Shown here: positions 19,827 to 28,216 of the stretch, in pieces
Position numbering within the stretch: position 1 is the first letter of the stretch
How the letters are laid out: each line of letters opens with the position of its first letter
Assembly: GCA_037127585.1 (NCBI GenBank)
Contig: JBAXYB010000003.1
Span: 3,248-67,247, forward strand
Reading direction: 5' to 3'
DNA from: Verrucomicrobiota bacterium
GTDB taxonomy: Bacteria > Verrucomicrobiota > Verrucomicrobiia > Palsa-1439
DNA length: 64,000 nucleotides
Position numbers and translations under genes: made by a program
Notes under the pieces: generated by a model
Seen by the model: the letters and a program-made list of their open reading frames with translations, nothing else
Databases searched by the model: none
What the model was told of the DNA's origin: nothing

Positions 19827-21278
19827 TTGAATCCCGAGACACAAAATCCAATTACTTTCTCCCTGGAAGAACTCAACGTCACGCCGGATTGGCTGAAAGC
19901 CCCGGTCAAGAGCTATGACCGCCATCCGGGTGATACCGGCAAGCGGTCGTTTGGCGACGGGCCACGCGAGCGGTCGGGCCCACCGCGGGGCGATCGGAAC
20001 GGGCCGCCCCGGCGTGACCGGCCGCCGGGCGGTCGTCGCGATGATCGATCTGGCGGTGGTCGGCCAATGGGTCGCCCAGCGGCACCTCGGGCGGAAGCGC
20101 CCCCGCAACCGTTACCCAATGTGGACGTACTTTTCGTTCCGAACGAGGCGGTACTGGTGGCGTTGATTGACACGGTCAAACAATCACGACGCGCCTTTGC
20201 ACTATTCGATCTCGCGAAACTTGTGCTCAATAAACCCGAGCGCCACAACGTTAAGTTCGTCCCCAAAGACGGCGAGTTGTACTGTGCGTTGTTGGCCGGC
20301 GGTGTGTTTTTGTCGCGCGAAGAGGCCATCCGCCACACGCTCCGGCAGGGAGTGGACAAAGTTTTCTCCCGCCAAGAAAAACCAATTGATCCGCCGAAAG
20401 GTAATTTCCAATTCGTCAATCGCTGCGGTCTGACCGGCGAATGGCTGGGACCACCGAACTATCACGAATACCAAGCGCGGCTCGTGCGTCATCACCAACA
20501 ACGGTTCGCGCACATGCCTTTCGACCGATTTAAGTCGAGCGTTGAGACGGTTCACGATCCAGAGGCCGTCAAAGCCTGGATCGAGTCCAAGAGCAAAGTG
20601 ACCGAATACACCTGCCTGCTCGACGCCGAGCCGAAGGTGTTTGCCGACCGGACGGAGTTGGAGAAACATATCCGGCAAGAACACCTCGACAAGATTGTCT
20701 CCGCCGTCAATGTCGTCGAACTGACTGGAGTGATGTCGCGCCAAGTCGAAGATCGCCGGTTGCTCGACCTCGTGCGCGACGCGTGGGAAAGCGAACACCG
20801 CTTCCCGATTCGGACCGTGAACGAACTCCGGCCCCAGCTCGTCAAAGCCGGTCTCCATTTCTTCAAACACAAAAAAGGCGTGACCTACATTACGCCCATT
20901 AAGCTGAACCGGTTTGATGCCATCACGCACCTGACTGAGCACGTGCAAAAGATCATCACGTATCTGCGCGCCCATGACGACGCGACGCGCAAAAAACTCG
21001 CCGAGCATCTCGCGCCGGTTGACGAGACCATGCTGGCGTCAGACCTCCACTGGCTCATTCAAGACGGGTACGTTGTTGAATTCCACAACGGCCGCCTCTG
21101 GGCTTTGGATGACCGGCCCGCGAAGCCAGTCACTCCGCCGCCCGCCGCTCAGACAGCCGAAATTGCTGCTGAGGCGCCGGCTCCGTCAAATCCGGCCGAC
21201 CCGGTGCCAAATTTGGCTGCACCAGCAACCGAAACAGTTCAAGCAGCGGCCCCGGTAATCGACAATCCGCCAAATTAG
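19827..21278 (+). CDS. hypothetical protein with Arg/Gly/Pro-rich N-terminal low-complexity region
   Basis: 483-aa ORF (TTG start per the track). RGG/RGD-like N-terminal tract (GPPRGDRNGPPRRDRPPGGRRDDRSGGGRP). Conserved-looking globular region and Pro/Ala-rich tail. No motif I recognise. Confidence 0.5.
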   Translation: MNPETQNPITFSLEELNVTPDWLKAPVKSYDRHPGDTGKRSFGDGPRERSGPPRGDRNGPPRRDRPPGGRRDDRSGGGRPMGRPAAPRAEAPPQPLPNVDVLFVPNEAVLVALIDTVKQSRRAFALFDLAKLVLNKPERHNVKFVPKDGELYCALLAGGVFLSREEAIRHTLRQGVDKVFSRQEKPIDPPKGNFQFVNRCGLTGEWLGPPNYHEYQARLVRHHQQRFAHMPFDRFKSSVETVHDPEAVKAWIESKSKVTEYTCLLDAEPKVFADRTELEKHIRQEHLDKIVSAVNVVELTGVMSRQVEDRRLLDLVRDAWESEHRFPIRTVNELRPQLVKAGLHFFKHKKGVTYITPIKLNRFDAITHLTEHVQKIITYLRAHDDATRKKLAEHLAPVDETMLASDLHWLIQDGYVVEFHNGRLWALDDRPAKPVTPPPAAQTAEIAAEAPAPSNPADPVPNLAAPATETVQAAAPVIDNPPN

Positions 21279-21322
21279 GCCTGTTTTGAGCGTTGGCATA
21301 CCCACTGCTAAAGAGAAGGGGT

Positions 21323-21505
21323 ATGAAACGCAATGGACAGAAAACACAACCAGCCCGAACCCAGACCATAGCCGACTTGGTCATGACCGTGTCGAAACTC
21401 ACCCGCGATGAACGCCTCGGTGCGTACATTGTAGCCGACATGATCAATGCGCGCCTCGTCCGCCTTGAAGGCAAGTTTCACGGCCGGCGCGTTGTCGTCG
21501 GCTAA
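21323..21505 (+). CDS. small hypothetical protein (60 aa)
   Basis: Strong SD (GAGAAGGGG) 5 nt upstream of ATG 21323. No motif I recognise. Confidence 0.35.
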   Translation: MKRNGQKTQPARTQTIADLVMTVSKLTRDERLGAYIVADMINARLVRLEGKFHGRRVVVG

Positions 21506-21555
21506 GCAGAATCCGCTTTACCAGCGGCGACCTCATCGGCCACATTCGTGGCCGT

Positions 21556-21885
21556 ATGAGTTCGCTCAACAACCCATTCGCGGCGCTCTCGAATCAAGGC
21601 TTACCGGCCGGCCCCGAACTTCCTCCGCCCAAGCCACCCAAACTCGGTCGGGTTGTCCTCCGCAAAGAAACCGCCCACCGTGGCGGTAAGACCGTCATCG
21701 TCGTCCACGAGTTCGCCTCGCAAATCACCGGCAAGCAGATCGATGACCTCGCCACGAAGCTCAAGAAAACCTGTGGCTGCGGCGGCACCGTGCGCGATCG
21801 CCAAATCGAAATCCAAGGCGACCAACCCGGCAAGATTCGCGCGTTGCTCGAAGCTGAAGGTTTTCAAGTTGCCGGCGTCAAGTGA
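21556..21885 (+). CDS. translation initiation factor SUI1/YciH family
   Basis: GRVVLRKETAHRGGKTVIVVHEF ... LKKTCGCGGTVRDRQIEIQGDQPGKIRALL matches the SUI1 fold signature. Confidence 0.8.
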   Translation: MSSLNNPFAALSNQGLPAGPELPPPKPPKLGRVVLRKETAHRGGKTVIVVHEFASQITGKQIDDLATKLKKTCGCGGTVRDRQIEIQGDQPGKIRALLEAEGFQVAGVK

Positions 21886-21888
21886 ATA

Positions 21889-22176
21889 CTATTGAAGTTC
21901 TGCCTGAACGTCGCGTGCGCCGTGAAGCACTCGGATAATTTGGAGTTCATCCGCGGCAATTCGGTAGAAGATCACGTATGAATTCGCTGGGAAGCTGCGG
22001 AGTCCGCTCGCCAGCTCGTCGCGTTGCCGGCCAAGCTCTGGGTAATCGCACAGCAGACGGCTTTTCTGTTCGATCAGCTCAAGGATCGACAACGCGGCTT
22101 GGGGATCATCGTTCGCAATGCGGTCAGCCAGCTCAGCCAAGTCGATCTCAGCTTGGAGCGTAACTCGCAGGCGCAT
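21889..22176 (-). CDS. parE: type II toxin-antitoxin system RelE/ParE family toxin
   Basis: 95 aa, ParE-like sequence (SYVIFYRIAADELQIIRVLHGARD). Overlaps the stop of the upstream antitoxin gene. Confidence 0.75.
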   Translation of the reverse strand: MRLRVTLQAEIDLAELADRIANDDPQAALSILELIEQKSRLLCDYPELGRQRDELASGLRSFPANSYVIFYRIAADELQIIRVLHGARDVQAELQ

Positions 22177-22388
22177 CAGCGACCTTGCTTCAACCGCCGG
22201 AACACTGCGTCACCTTCGCCGAGGTCGCCCCGGTTCGCTTGGGCGATCCCGACGGCGATATCCGCGCGGAGCGTTTGCAGGCGGAGGCGCTGGACTTCAT
22301 GCGAGGCGGCGAGCCATTCGGAAAGCTCCAAGCGTTCGCGGGCGGATAGGTGTTCCGCCGCCAGCTTGATTTCCTGAATCGTGCTCAC
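22176..22388 (-). CDS. parD: type II antitoxin (ParD-like) cognate to ParE
   Basis: 70-aa ORF immediately upstream of the toxin and overlapping it. Helical, charged; typical TA architecture. Confidence 0.6.
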   Translation of the reverse strand: MSTIQEIKLAAEHLSARERLELSEWLAASHEVQRLRLQTLRADIAVGIAQANRGDLGEGDAVFRRLKQGR

Positions 22389-22449
22389 GGCGAAACTTTA
22401 CCCGAGTTGAGAGTGGTGAACAAGTGCCATTCCAGTCCGGCAGGCAAGG

Positions 22450-23988
22450 TCACAAGGTCGGCTTCTCAGCCTCAGCCCGGCGGCGTTGCTCGTCGAGATA
22501 CCGGTTAAGAGAGTTCAAGTAGGCGAGGGCGCTGGCTTCGATGATGTCGGTGCTGACTCCCTTGCCGGTGACGATGCGGCCATCAAAGTCGACGCGGACG
22601 CTGACTTCGCCGATGGCATCTTTCCCCCGCGAAACGCTCGACACGCTATAATCGTTCAACGCGCCCTTGATGCCGGTGATGCGATCCACGGTCTTGAGCA
22701 TCGCGTCGATCGGCCCGTCACCAGTGCCGGCATCGCTGATTGGTTCGTTTTTGTCGGCGCGAATCAAGCGGACGCTGGCCGTGGGAATCGTACCGGTCAT
22801 GACACTGAGGTAATCCAGTTTCCAGACCGGCGGGACTTCGGTGAATTGGCCTTCGACGATGGCGCGGACGTCTTCGTCGTAGACATGTTTCTTTTTGTCG
22901 GCGAGAGCCTTGATTGCGTCAGTGATGCGGCGGATTTCTTCGTCGCTGAGTTTGTAGCCCATCTCTTCGAGCTTCTTGCGAACGGCATGGTTGCCCATGT
23001 GTTTGCCCAACGTGAGTTCACTCGTGCGACCCACGTCTTCGGCGCACATGATCTCGTAATTCGCGCGGTTCTTGAGCATGCCGTGTTGGTGAATGCCGGA
23101 CTCGTGCGCGAACGCGTTGTCGCCGACGATGGCTTTGTTGCGTTGCACGACCATGCCGGTGAGATGGGACACGAGTCGGCTCGCGGGATAGATCTGGTGC
23201 GTGTCGATGCCGGTCGTCACGCCGCCGAAAATCTCGGGGCGCATCTTCAACGCCATCACGACTTCTTCGAGCGACGTGTTGCCGGCGCGTTCGCCGAGCC
23301 CGTTGAGGGTGCATTCGATCTGACGCGCTCCGGCTTGCACGGCGGCCAACGAGTTGGCGACGGCGAGGCCGAGGTCGTCATGGCAATGCACCGAGAAGAT
23401 CAAGCCCGGCACTTTCACGTTCGCGACAAGAAACGCGATCAACGCGCCGTATTCACCGGGAATTGCATAGCCGACGGTGTCTGGAATGTTCAACGTCGTC
23501 GCGCCGGCTTCAGCGCAGGCGGTGTAGAGTTCGACGAGGTAGTCGCGATCCGACCGGGTCGTGTCTTGTGCGGAGTATTCCACGTTGTCGGTGAATGTTC
23601 GCGCGAGTTTCACGGCGGCGACGGAGCGCTTGATGTTTTCGGCGCGGGACACGTTGAGCATGGTCTTCAAATGAATATCGCTGCCGGAGCTGAAGGTGTG
23701 AATACGGCGGCTCTTGGCCGGGGCGATTGCCTCGCCAGCGCGGACGATGTCTTTTTCCATCGTGCGGGCGAGTGCGCAGATGCACGGCCCCTGGATTTCG
23801 GTGGCGATGGCGTGGACGGCCTCGAAATCACCGTCGCTGGCGATGGGGAAGCCGGCTTCGATGATGTCTACTTTGAGGCGCGCGAGTTGGCGGGCGACCT
23901 CGAGTTTCTCGCGCGTGTTCATCGACGCGCCGGGGCATTGTTCGCCGTCGCGCAACGTCGTATCGAATATCAAGACTTGGTCACTCAT
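22450..23988 (-). CDS. leuA: 2-isopropylmalate synthase
   Basis: MSDQVLIFDTTLRDGEQCPGASM...HCHDDLGLAVANSLAAVQAGA, the canonical LeuA N-terminus and HxH motif. SD AAGGAAAAC before ATG 23988. Confidence 0.9.
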   Translation of the reverse strand: MSDQVLIFDTTLRDGEQCPGASMNTREKLEVARQLARLKVDIIEAGFPIASDGDFEAVHAIATEIQGPCICALARTMEKDIVRAGEAIAPAKSRRIHTFSSGSDIHLKTMLNVSRAENIKRSVAAVKLARTFTDNVEYSAQDTTRSDRDYLVELYTACAEAGATTLNIPDTVGYAIPGEYGALIAFLVANVKVPGLIFSVHCHDDLGLAVANSLAAVQAGARQIECTLNGLGERAGNTSLEEVVMALKMRPEIFGGVTTGIDTHQIYPASRLVSHLTGMVVQRNKAIVGDNAFAHESGIHQHGMLKNRANYEIMCAEDVGRTSELTLGKHMGNHAVRKKLEEMGYKLSDEEIRRITDAIKALADKKKHVYDEDVRAIVEGQFTEVPPVWKLDYLSVMTGTIPTASVRLIRADKNEPISDAGTGDGPIDAMLKTVDRITGIKGALNDYSVSSVSRGKDAIGEVSVRVDFDGRIVTGKGVSTDIIEASALAYLNSLNRYLDEQRRRAEAEKPTL

Positions 23989-23994
23989 GTTTTC

Positions 23995-24150
23995 CTTTTT
24001 GCCGGTGGGGACAGTGGAAAATGCAAAACCCACTGTCCGAACCGGACAGTGGGTTGTTTACCGTTTCTCAGCGCAAAGCTCAACCCGCTGTCCGACCCGT
24101 CAGGGCCAGACCTAGCAACGCCAGAAGCAAGTTGAGATTACAATTCATTA
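23995..24150 (-). promoter_or_regulatory. transcription attenuator (leader peptide + antiterminator/terminator alternative hairpins) controlling leuA
   Basis: mRNA segments A GGACAGCGGGUUG (contains the leader stop), B CAACCCACUGUCCG, C CGGACAGUGGG, then UUUUGCAUUUU, then D CCACUGUCC. B:C is a perfect 11-bp hairpin followed by the U tract (terminator). A:B (13 bp, 1 mismatch) is the mutually exclusive antiterminator. Confidence 0.6.
24080..24148 (-). CDS. leu operon leader peptide (22 aa, MNCNLNLLLALLGLALTGRTAG)
   Basis: 8 of 22 codons are Leu (mixed codons incl. CUA). The stop codon lies inside the first stem of an alternative-hairpin attenuator directly upstream of leuA. Confidence 0.6.
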   Translation of the reverse strand: MNCNLNLLLALLGLALTGRTAG

Positions 24151-24211
24151 CGGGCGAATATGTAGCAGTCAGACACGTTCGCGTCAAGTCGGGGCGAATT
24201 GCAATTCGCTC

Positions 24212-25615
24212 CTACGGTCCAATCACGATGCCGGGAGTGGTGGGCTGCTTGGGGGAAAACTCACCGCCAAGGCTTTCGATGAGGTAATGCCGCGTGTCGA
24301 TGGAGAACTCCGCCATGTAGGGCGTGCCCTTGAGTTGGCTCAGCAGGCCGGCCATGACTTTGCGGAGTTGATAGGACGGCATATCGATCAACTTCTTTAT
24401 CATCTGGTCGGCGAGCGTCACGTCGCCGATAAACTTCAGATACCGGACGCCTTCGGCGCGCGTGTCGTCCATGTCGTACATCGGTTCGGTGGCGGGAGGC
24501 GACGGCGGGACGACTTTCTCGGTGATGATCTGCATTACGCGTTTGGTCGAATCGCGGTCACCGAGGAGGCGCAGCGATTCGATGGCGCGTTGGCGGGTGG
24601 TCGGGCCGTGGGCTTTCATTTCGAAGAGCACTTTTTGGAGCGGGGCGATGGCTTGCTTATCGCCAAGCTTGCCGAGGGCTTCGGCGGCGTTCGACTGCGT
24701 CTCTTCGTTGCTGGTGCCAAGTAACCCGATCAATACCGGCACGGCAGCAGTCGCGGGCAGTTCGCCGAGCGCCCACGCGACGCGGGCTTGGGCGAACGGC
24801 GGACATTTTGAGACAGCATCCAGCATTGGTTGCCGGGAATCGGGATTACCGAGTTTGCCGACGGCGTCTGCCGTCGCCCGCGCCACCAGCGGATTGACAT
24901 CGAGGAGCAGGGGATGGAGTGCGATGGCCACTGCCGGTTGCTTCCAGCCGCCAAGTGCGCGGGCGGACTCAGTGCGAACCGGCGCGCTCGGATGTTTCAA
25001 CAATTCCACGAGCGCATCGCGGGCCGTGTCGCTATGAATCGACAGCAACGCGTCAGCGGCCGCCCGGCGCACGAATGGATCGTCGTCACGACCGAGCTGG
25101 CGGGCCAGTGCCACGCTCATTTCGACGCGGAGCGCGCCGAGCGCTTCGCAGACGTGCCGGCGCAGAACGGAGTCAGTGCTATCGAGCAGTGGAATGAGAT
25201 CGTCCGCCAGCCCGGTAAGTTTCAGCTTCGCAGCGGCATCAGCGGCGAGTTGCTGTTTAAGCGGACTCTTGTTTGTCAGATCGTACCGGATTTGGTCAGG
25301 GTTGGTCGGTTCTTCGATGGCCTTTGCTGTAATGGCCGATGGTTTATTGAGCGCTTGCTCGCGGACGGTGGCGACCGGGTCATTGGCCAGTTTGCGAATC
25401 AGTTCGACGTCGGCGGGATCACAGATCGTTTGCAGGGCGACAAGGCCTTGAATGCGGATGAGCGGGTCTTTCTCGCGCAGGCTGGCGCGGAGCATGTCGT
25501 GAGTCGCCGCGTCTTTCACCGGCATGAGAATCACCCCGGTCTCCAAGTTCGTCTCGATGACTTGGGCGAATGTCGCATTGGCCAGCGACAATAAGATAAT
25601 AATGACGTGTTTCAT
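24212..25615 (-). CDS. secreted HEAT-repeat protein
   Basis: Signal peptide MKHVIIILLSLANATFAQ followed by HEAT/PBS-lyase-type repeats. Start overlaps the stop of the ABC permease gene. Confidence 0.7.
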   Translation of the reverse strand: MKHVIIILLSLANATFAQVIETNLETGVILMPVKDAATHDMLRASLREKDPLIRIQGLVALQTICDPADVELIRKLANDPVATVREQALNKPSAITAKAIEEPTNPDQIRYDLTNKSPLKQQLAADAAAKLKLTGLADDLIPLLDSTDSVLRRHVCEALGALRVEMSVALARQLGRDDDPFVRRAAADALLSIHSDTARDALVELLKHPSAPVRTESARALGGWKQPAVAIALHPLLLDVNPLVARATADAVGKLGNPDSRQPMLDAVSKCPPFAQARVAWALGELPATAAVPVLIGLLGTSNEETQSNAAEALGKLGDKQAIAPLQKVLFEMKAHGPTTRQRAIESLRLLGDRDSTKRVMQIITEKVVPPSPPATEPMYDMDDTRAEGVRYLKFIGDVTLADQMIKKLIDMPSYQLRKVMAGLLSQLKGTPYMAEFSIDTRHYLIESLGGEFSPKQPTTPGIVIGP

Positions 25616-27285
25616 TTTTCGGGCGAAAGCATTTTCCAAATACGCTGGCAGGCGATAATGAAAAAGATGGCGCTCAGAGCTAAGACAAACGTGACATGCG
25701 AATGCCACAACTCGCGCGACTCACTGAAGTATTCGGTCGTCAACGCCTGGATTGCGCCGACAAACGGATTCAGCGCTAAAATCGCATCGCGGATGTTGCC
25801 GGCCAAATGCTCGCCGAGCAAAAGCGGAAAGAACGTCGCGACCGAGAGCACGGCAAGAATGCCGTAGGCGATTCCGGTCGCGGAGGCGGTCTTCTTCGCG
25901 ACCGCCGAACTGAATAGCCCGGTCATCAATGCCAGCAGAATCGTCGCGCCGATGATTTTCCAAGCGATGAAGATCTGTTGGAGCGTGTTGGTCTTCAGGT
26001 AGTAGATTGAGAACCACAACGGGATCGCGCCGACAACCACGAACAACACAAACACGGCCGCCGTGAATAGTTTGCCCCAGAGGAACTGCCAAGCGCTGAT
26101 CCGCGTCTGCCGGAGTAAGTCGAGGTTGCCGCGTTCGCGTTCCTGCGTAATCGCGCCGACGGTCAACGACGGCACGACGAGCACGATCAAGCCGAGTTGA
26201 AAGACCAGCGCCACCGTCCGGATTAAGTCGGGACTGCCGAGCGCGATGTTGCCGGCGACGAGTGACATCAAAATCATCGAGCCGGCCAGGCACAAATACG
26301 CGCAACGAAAAATCCAGATGCCGCCACCGAACGCTTGCGCGCGCATTTCGCGGGCGAAGACCGGGTTGATCCAATCGGGAATGTGCCCGCGCCGACGGAT
26401 CGGGTCGATCAGGTAGAATGGAAAGCTGAGTTTGCGTTGTGCCAGCAGCTTTGGGTCGTCGATGACCGGTGAGTGAGCCCGCGACGGTTGCCGGGCCGAG
26501 CGATACACGCTGGTGAGCAAATAAACGAGCAAACCAAACGACACCGTCCCGGCAAAGCCCGCAAAGATTATCCACGACGCCGGCAAGCCGGTCTTGCCGC
26601 CGCCAGGCGCGAGGTCAAACGCCGGCACGACCACCGATGCGATGGCTGCCAACGGGCTGCAAGACCGCACCAACACCGTCCAGTACGCCGCTTCGGGGCG
26701 CGTCTGCAGGATGACGTAAGGAATCCACGGCAACGCGTTGAGCCCGAGAATCAGCAGGTACGTCGTCACGAGCGCCGAGTGCGACGTGGGCCGCGCGGCG
26801 CTGATTGCCAACCCAAGCAACGCGAGAAACAGCGCTGTCAGCGCGGTCAGTCCGAAGATGATGATGGTTTCCGGCACCGACACCGCGCCGAGGAAGAAGC
26901 ACGCCGTAAAAATTGGAAACGACAGCACGACGAATAGCAGCAGACACGTCACCGATGAGAATAGCTTGCCGGTGATGATGTCCGCCGGACTCAATTGGGT
27001 CGTGAACAACAGCTCGTACGAGTTCTGTTCTTTCTCGACGGTAATGGCCGTCGCGCCAAAAGCCGGCGCGTACAACATCACCAGCAACAGTTGCCCGATG
27101 GTGAACACGAGCAACACCGACCGGGTCGATTGCGCCGCCAAAGAGTAAATGCCCTCGGTCGGCCAGAGAAACCAGACCACCGCCGCCAGCCCGGCAAGAT
27201 ACAGCGCCGTCAGCAGAAACGTCAGCCGACTGCGCAGCGCGCTCGTCAGTTCGCGGTGGAGGATGGGGTTATCGAGCATCGTCAA
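25612..27285 (-). CDS. ABC-2 type transporter permease (large, ~12 TM)
   Basis: 557-aa polytopic membrane protein with duplicated 6-TM ABC-2 organisation. Coupled to the upstream ATPase gene. Confidence 0.7.
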   Translation of the reverse strand: MTMLDNPILHRELTSALRSRLTFLLTALYLAGLAAVVWFLWPTEGIYSLAAQSTRSVLLVFTIGQLLLVMLYAPAFGATAITVEKEQNSYELLFTTQLSPADIITGKLFSSVTCLLLFVVLSFPIFTACFFLGAVSVPETIIIFGLTALTALFLALLGLAISAARPTSHSALVTTYLLILGLNALPWIPYVILQTRPEAAYWTVLVRSCSPLAAIASVVVPAFDLAPGGGKTGLPASWIIFAGFAGTVSFGLLVYLLTSVYRSARQPSRAHSPVIDDPKLLAQRKLSFPFYLIDPIRRRGHIPDWINPVFAREMRAQAFGGGIWIFRCAYLCLAGSMILMSLVAGNIALGSPDLIRTVALVFQLGLIVLVVPSLTVGAITQERERGNLDLLRQTRISAWQFLWGKLFTAAVFVLFVVVGAIPLWFSIYYLKTNTLQQIFIAWKIIGATILLALMTGLFSSAVAKKTASATGIAYGILAVLSVATFFPLLLGEHLAGNIRDAILALNPFVGAIQALTTEYFSESRELWHSHVTFVLALSAIFFIIACQRIWKMLSPEK

Positions 27286-28216
27286 CCCTCCGCTTGCCGG
27301 CTTTGGCTTCGGCGGTGATTTTTAGGTAGACGTTCTCAAGCTCGACCGGCACCTCGCGGTACCAGAGAACGCCGTGGCCTTGCTTCACTAAATCCGCCAG
27401 CAACGCGACGATGTCTTCATCCTTACCGGCGAGCGAGACACGGATCATGTTGCCGACGACTTGCTGCACTTCGGTTTTGGTCTTGAGGTAATCGGCGGTC
27501 TTGCCGGCGTCGCCGGTCACTTCGATTTCGATCATCCGCTGATCTTCAATTTGATGGAGCACGTTCGCGACGCTGTCGCACAACAACATCTTGCCTTGTT
27601 CGATGATGCCGACCCGGTCGCACGTCGTGGCGAGCTCCGGTAGGATGTGCGATGAAACCAAAATCGTCTTGCCAAGTTGCTGGAGCGTCTTCAACAACGC
27701 GCGCATCTCGATCCGGGCCCGCGGGTCCAGGCCGTTGGTTGGTTCGTCGAGGAACAACACTTTTGGATCGTGAATCAACGTCCGCGCGATGCCGACGCGT
27801 TGCTTCATGCCGTGCGAGAGGGAATCGACGAAGTAATCCTTCATCTCGTCCGCGCCGGATATCTTCAGAACATCGTCCACTCGTGATTTTCGTTTTGCTT
27901 TCGGAATCCGGTGGGCGGCGGCGAAGAAGTCGAGGTATTCCCACACGCGCATGCCCCGGTACACGCCGACGGCATCGGGCGCGTATCCGACGACTTCCTT
28001 GGCGCGTCGCGGATGCGCGACGACGTCGATGCCGCCGACTTCGGCCTTGCCGGAGGTGGGGGCCATCATGCCGGCGAGGATGCGGATCGTCGTGGTCTTG
28101 CCGGAGCCGTTGGGGCCGATGTAGCCGAAGATTTCTTTTTCGGCGACGTTGAGAGTGAGATTGTCGAGGGCGAGGAAGTTCTCGTACTTCTTCGTAAGGT
28201 TTTCGGTGCGGATCAC
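27269..28216 (-). CDS. ABC transporter ATP-binding protein
   Basis: Walker A GPNGSGKTTT, ABC signature LSHGMKQRVGIA, Walker B LFLDEPTNGLD. Confidence 0.9.
   Translation of the reverse strand: MIRTENLTKKYENFLALDNLTLNVAEKEIFGYIGPNGSGKTTTIRILAGMMAPTSGKAEVGGIDVVAHPRRAKEVVGYAPDAVGVYRGMRVWEYLDFFAAAHRIPKAKRKSRVDDVLKISGADEMKDYFVDSLSHGMKQRVGIARTLIHDPKVLFLDEPTNGLDPRARIEMRALLKTLQQLGKTILVSSHILPELATTCDRVGIIEQGKMLLCDSVANVLHQIEDQRMIEIEVTGDAGKTADYLKTKTEVQQVVGNMIRVSLAGKDEDIVALLADLVKQGHGVLWYREVPVELENVYLKITAEAKAGKRRVDDAR

Noticed and set aside
18714-20108. Extended 464-aa version of the cysteine synthase ORF
   Set aside because: The N-terminal 150 codons run straight through the tRNA-Ala gene (translating it as ...GCSSVGRAPRSQRGGQGFESPHL...). 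The real start must lie downstream of the tRNA (TTG at 19646).
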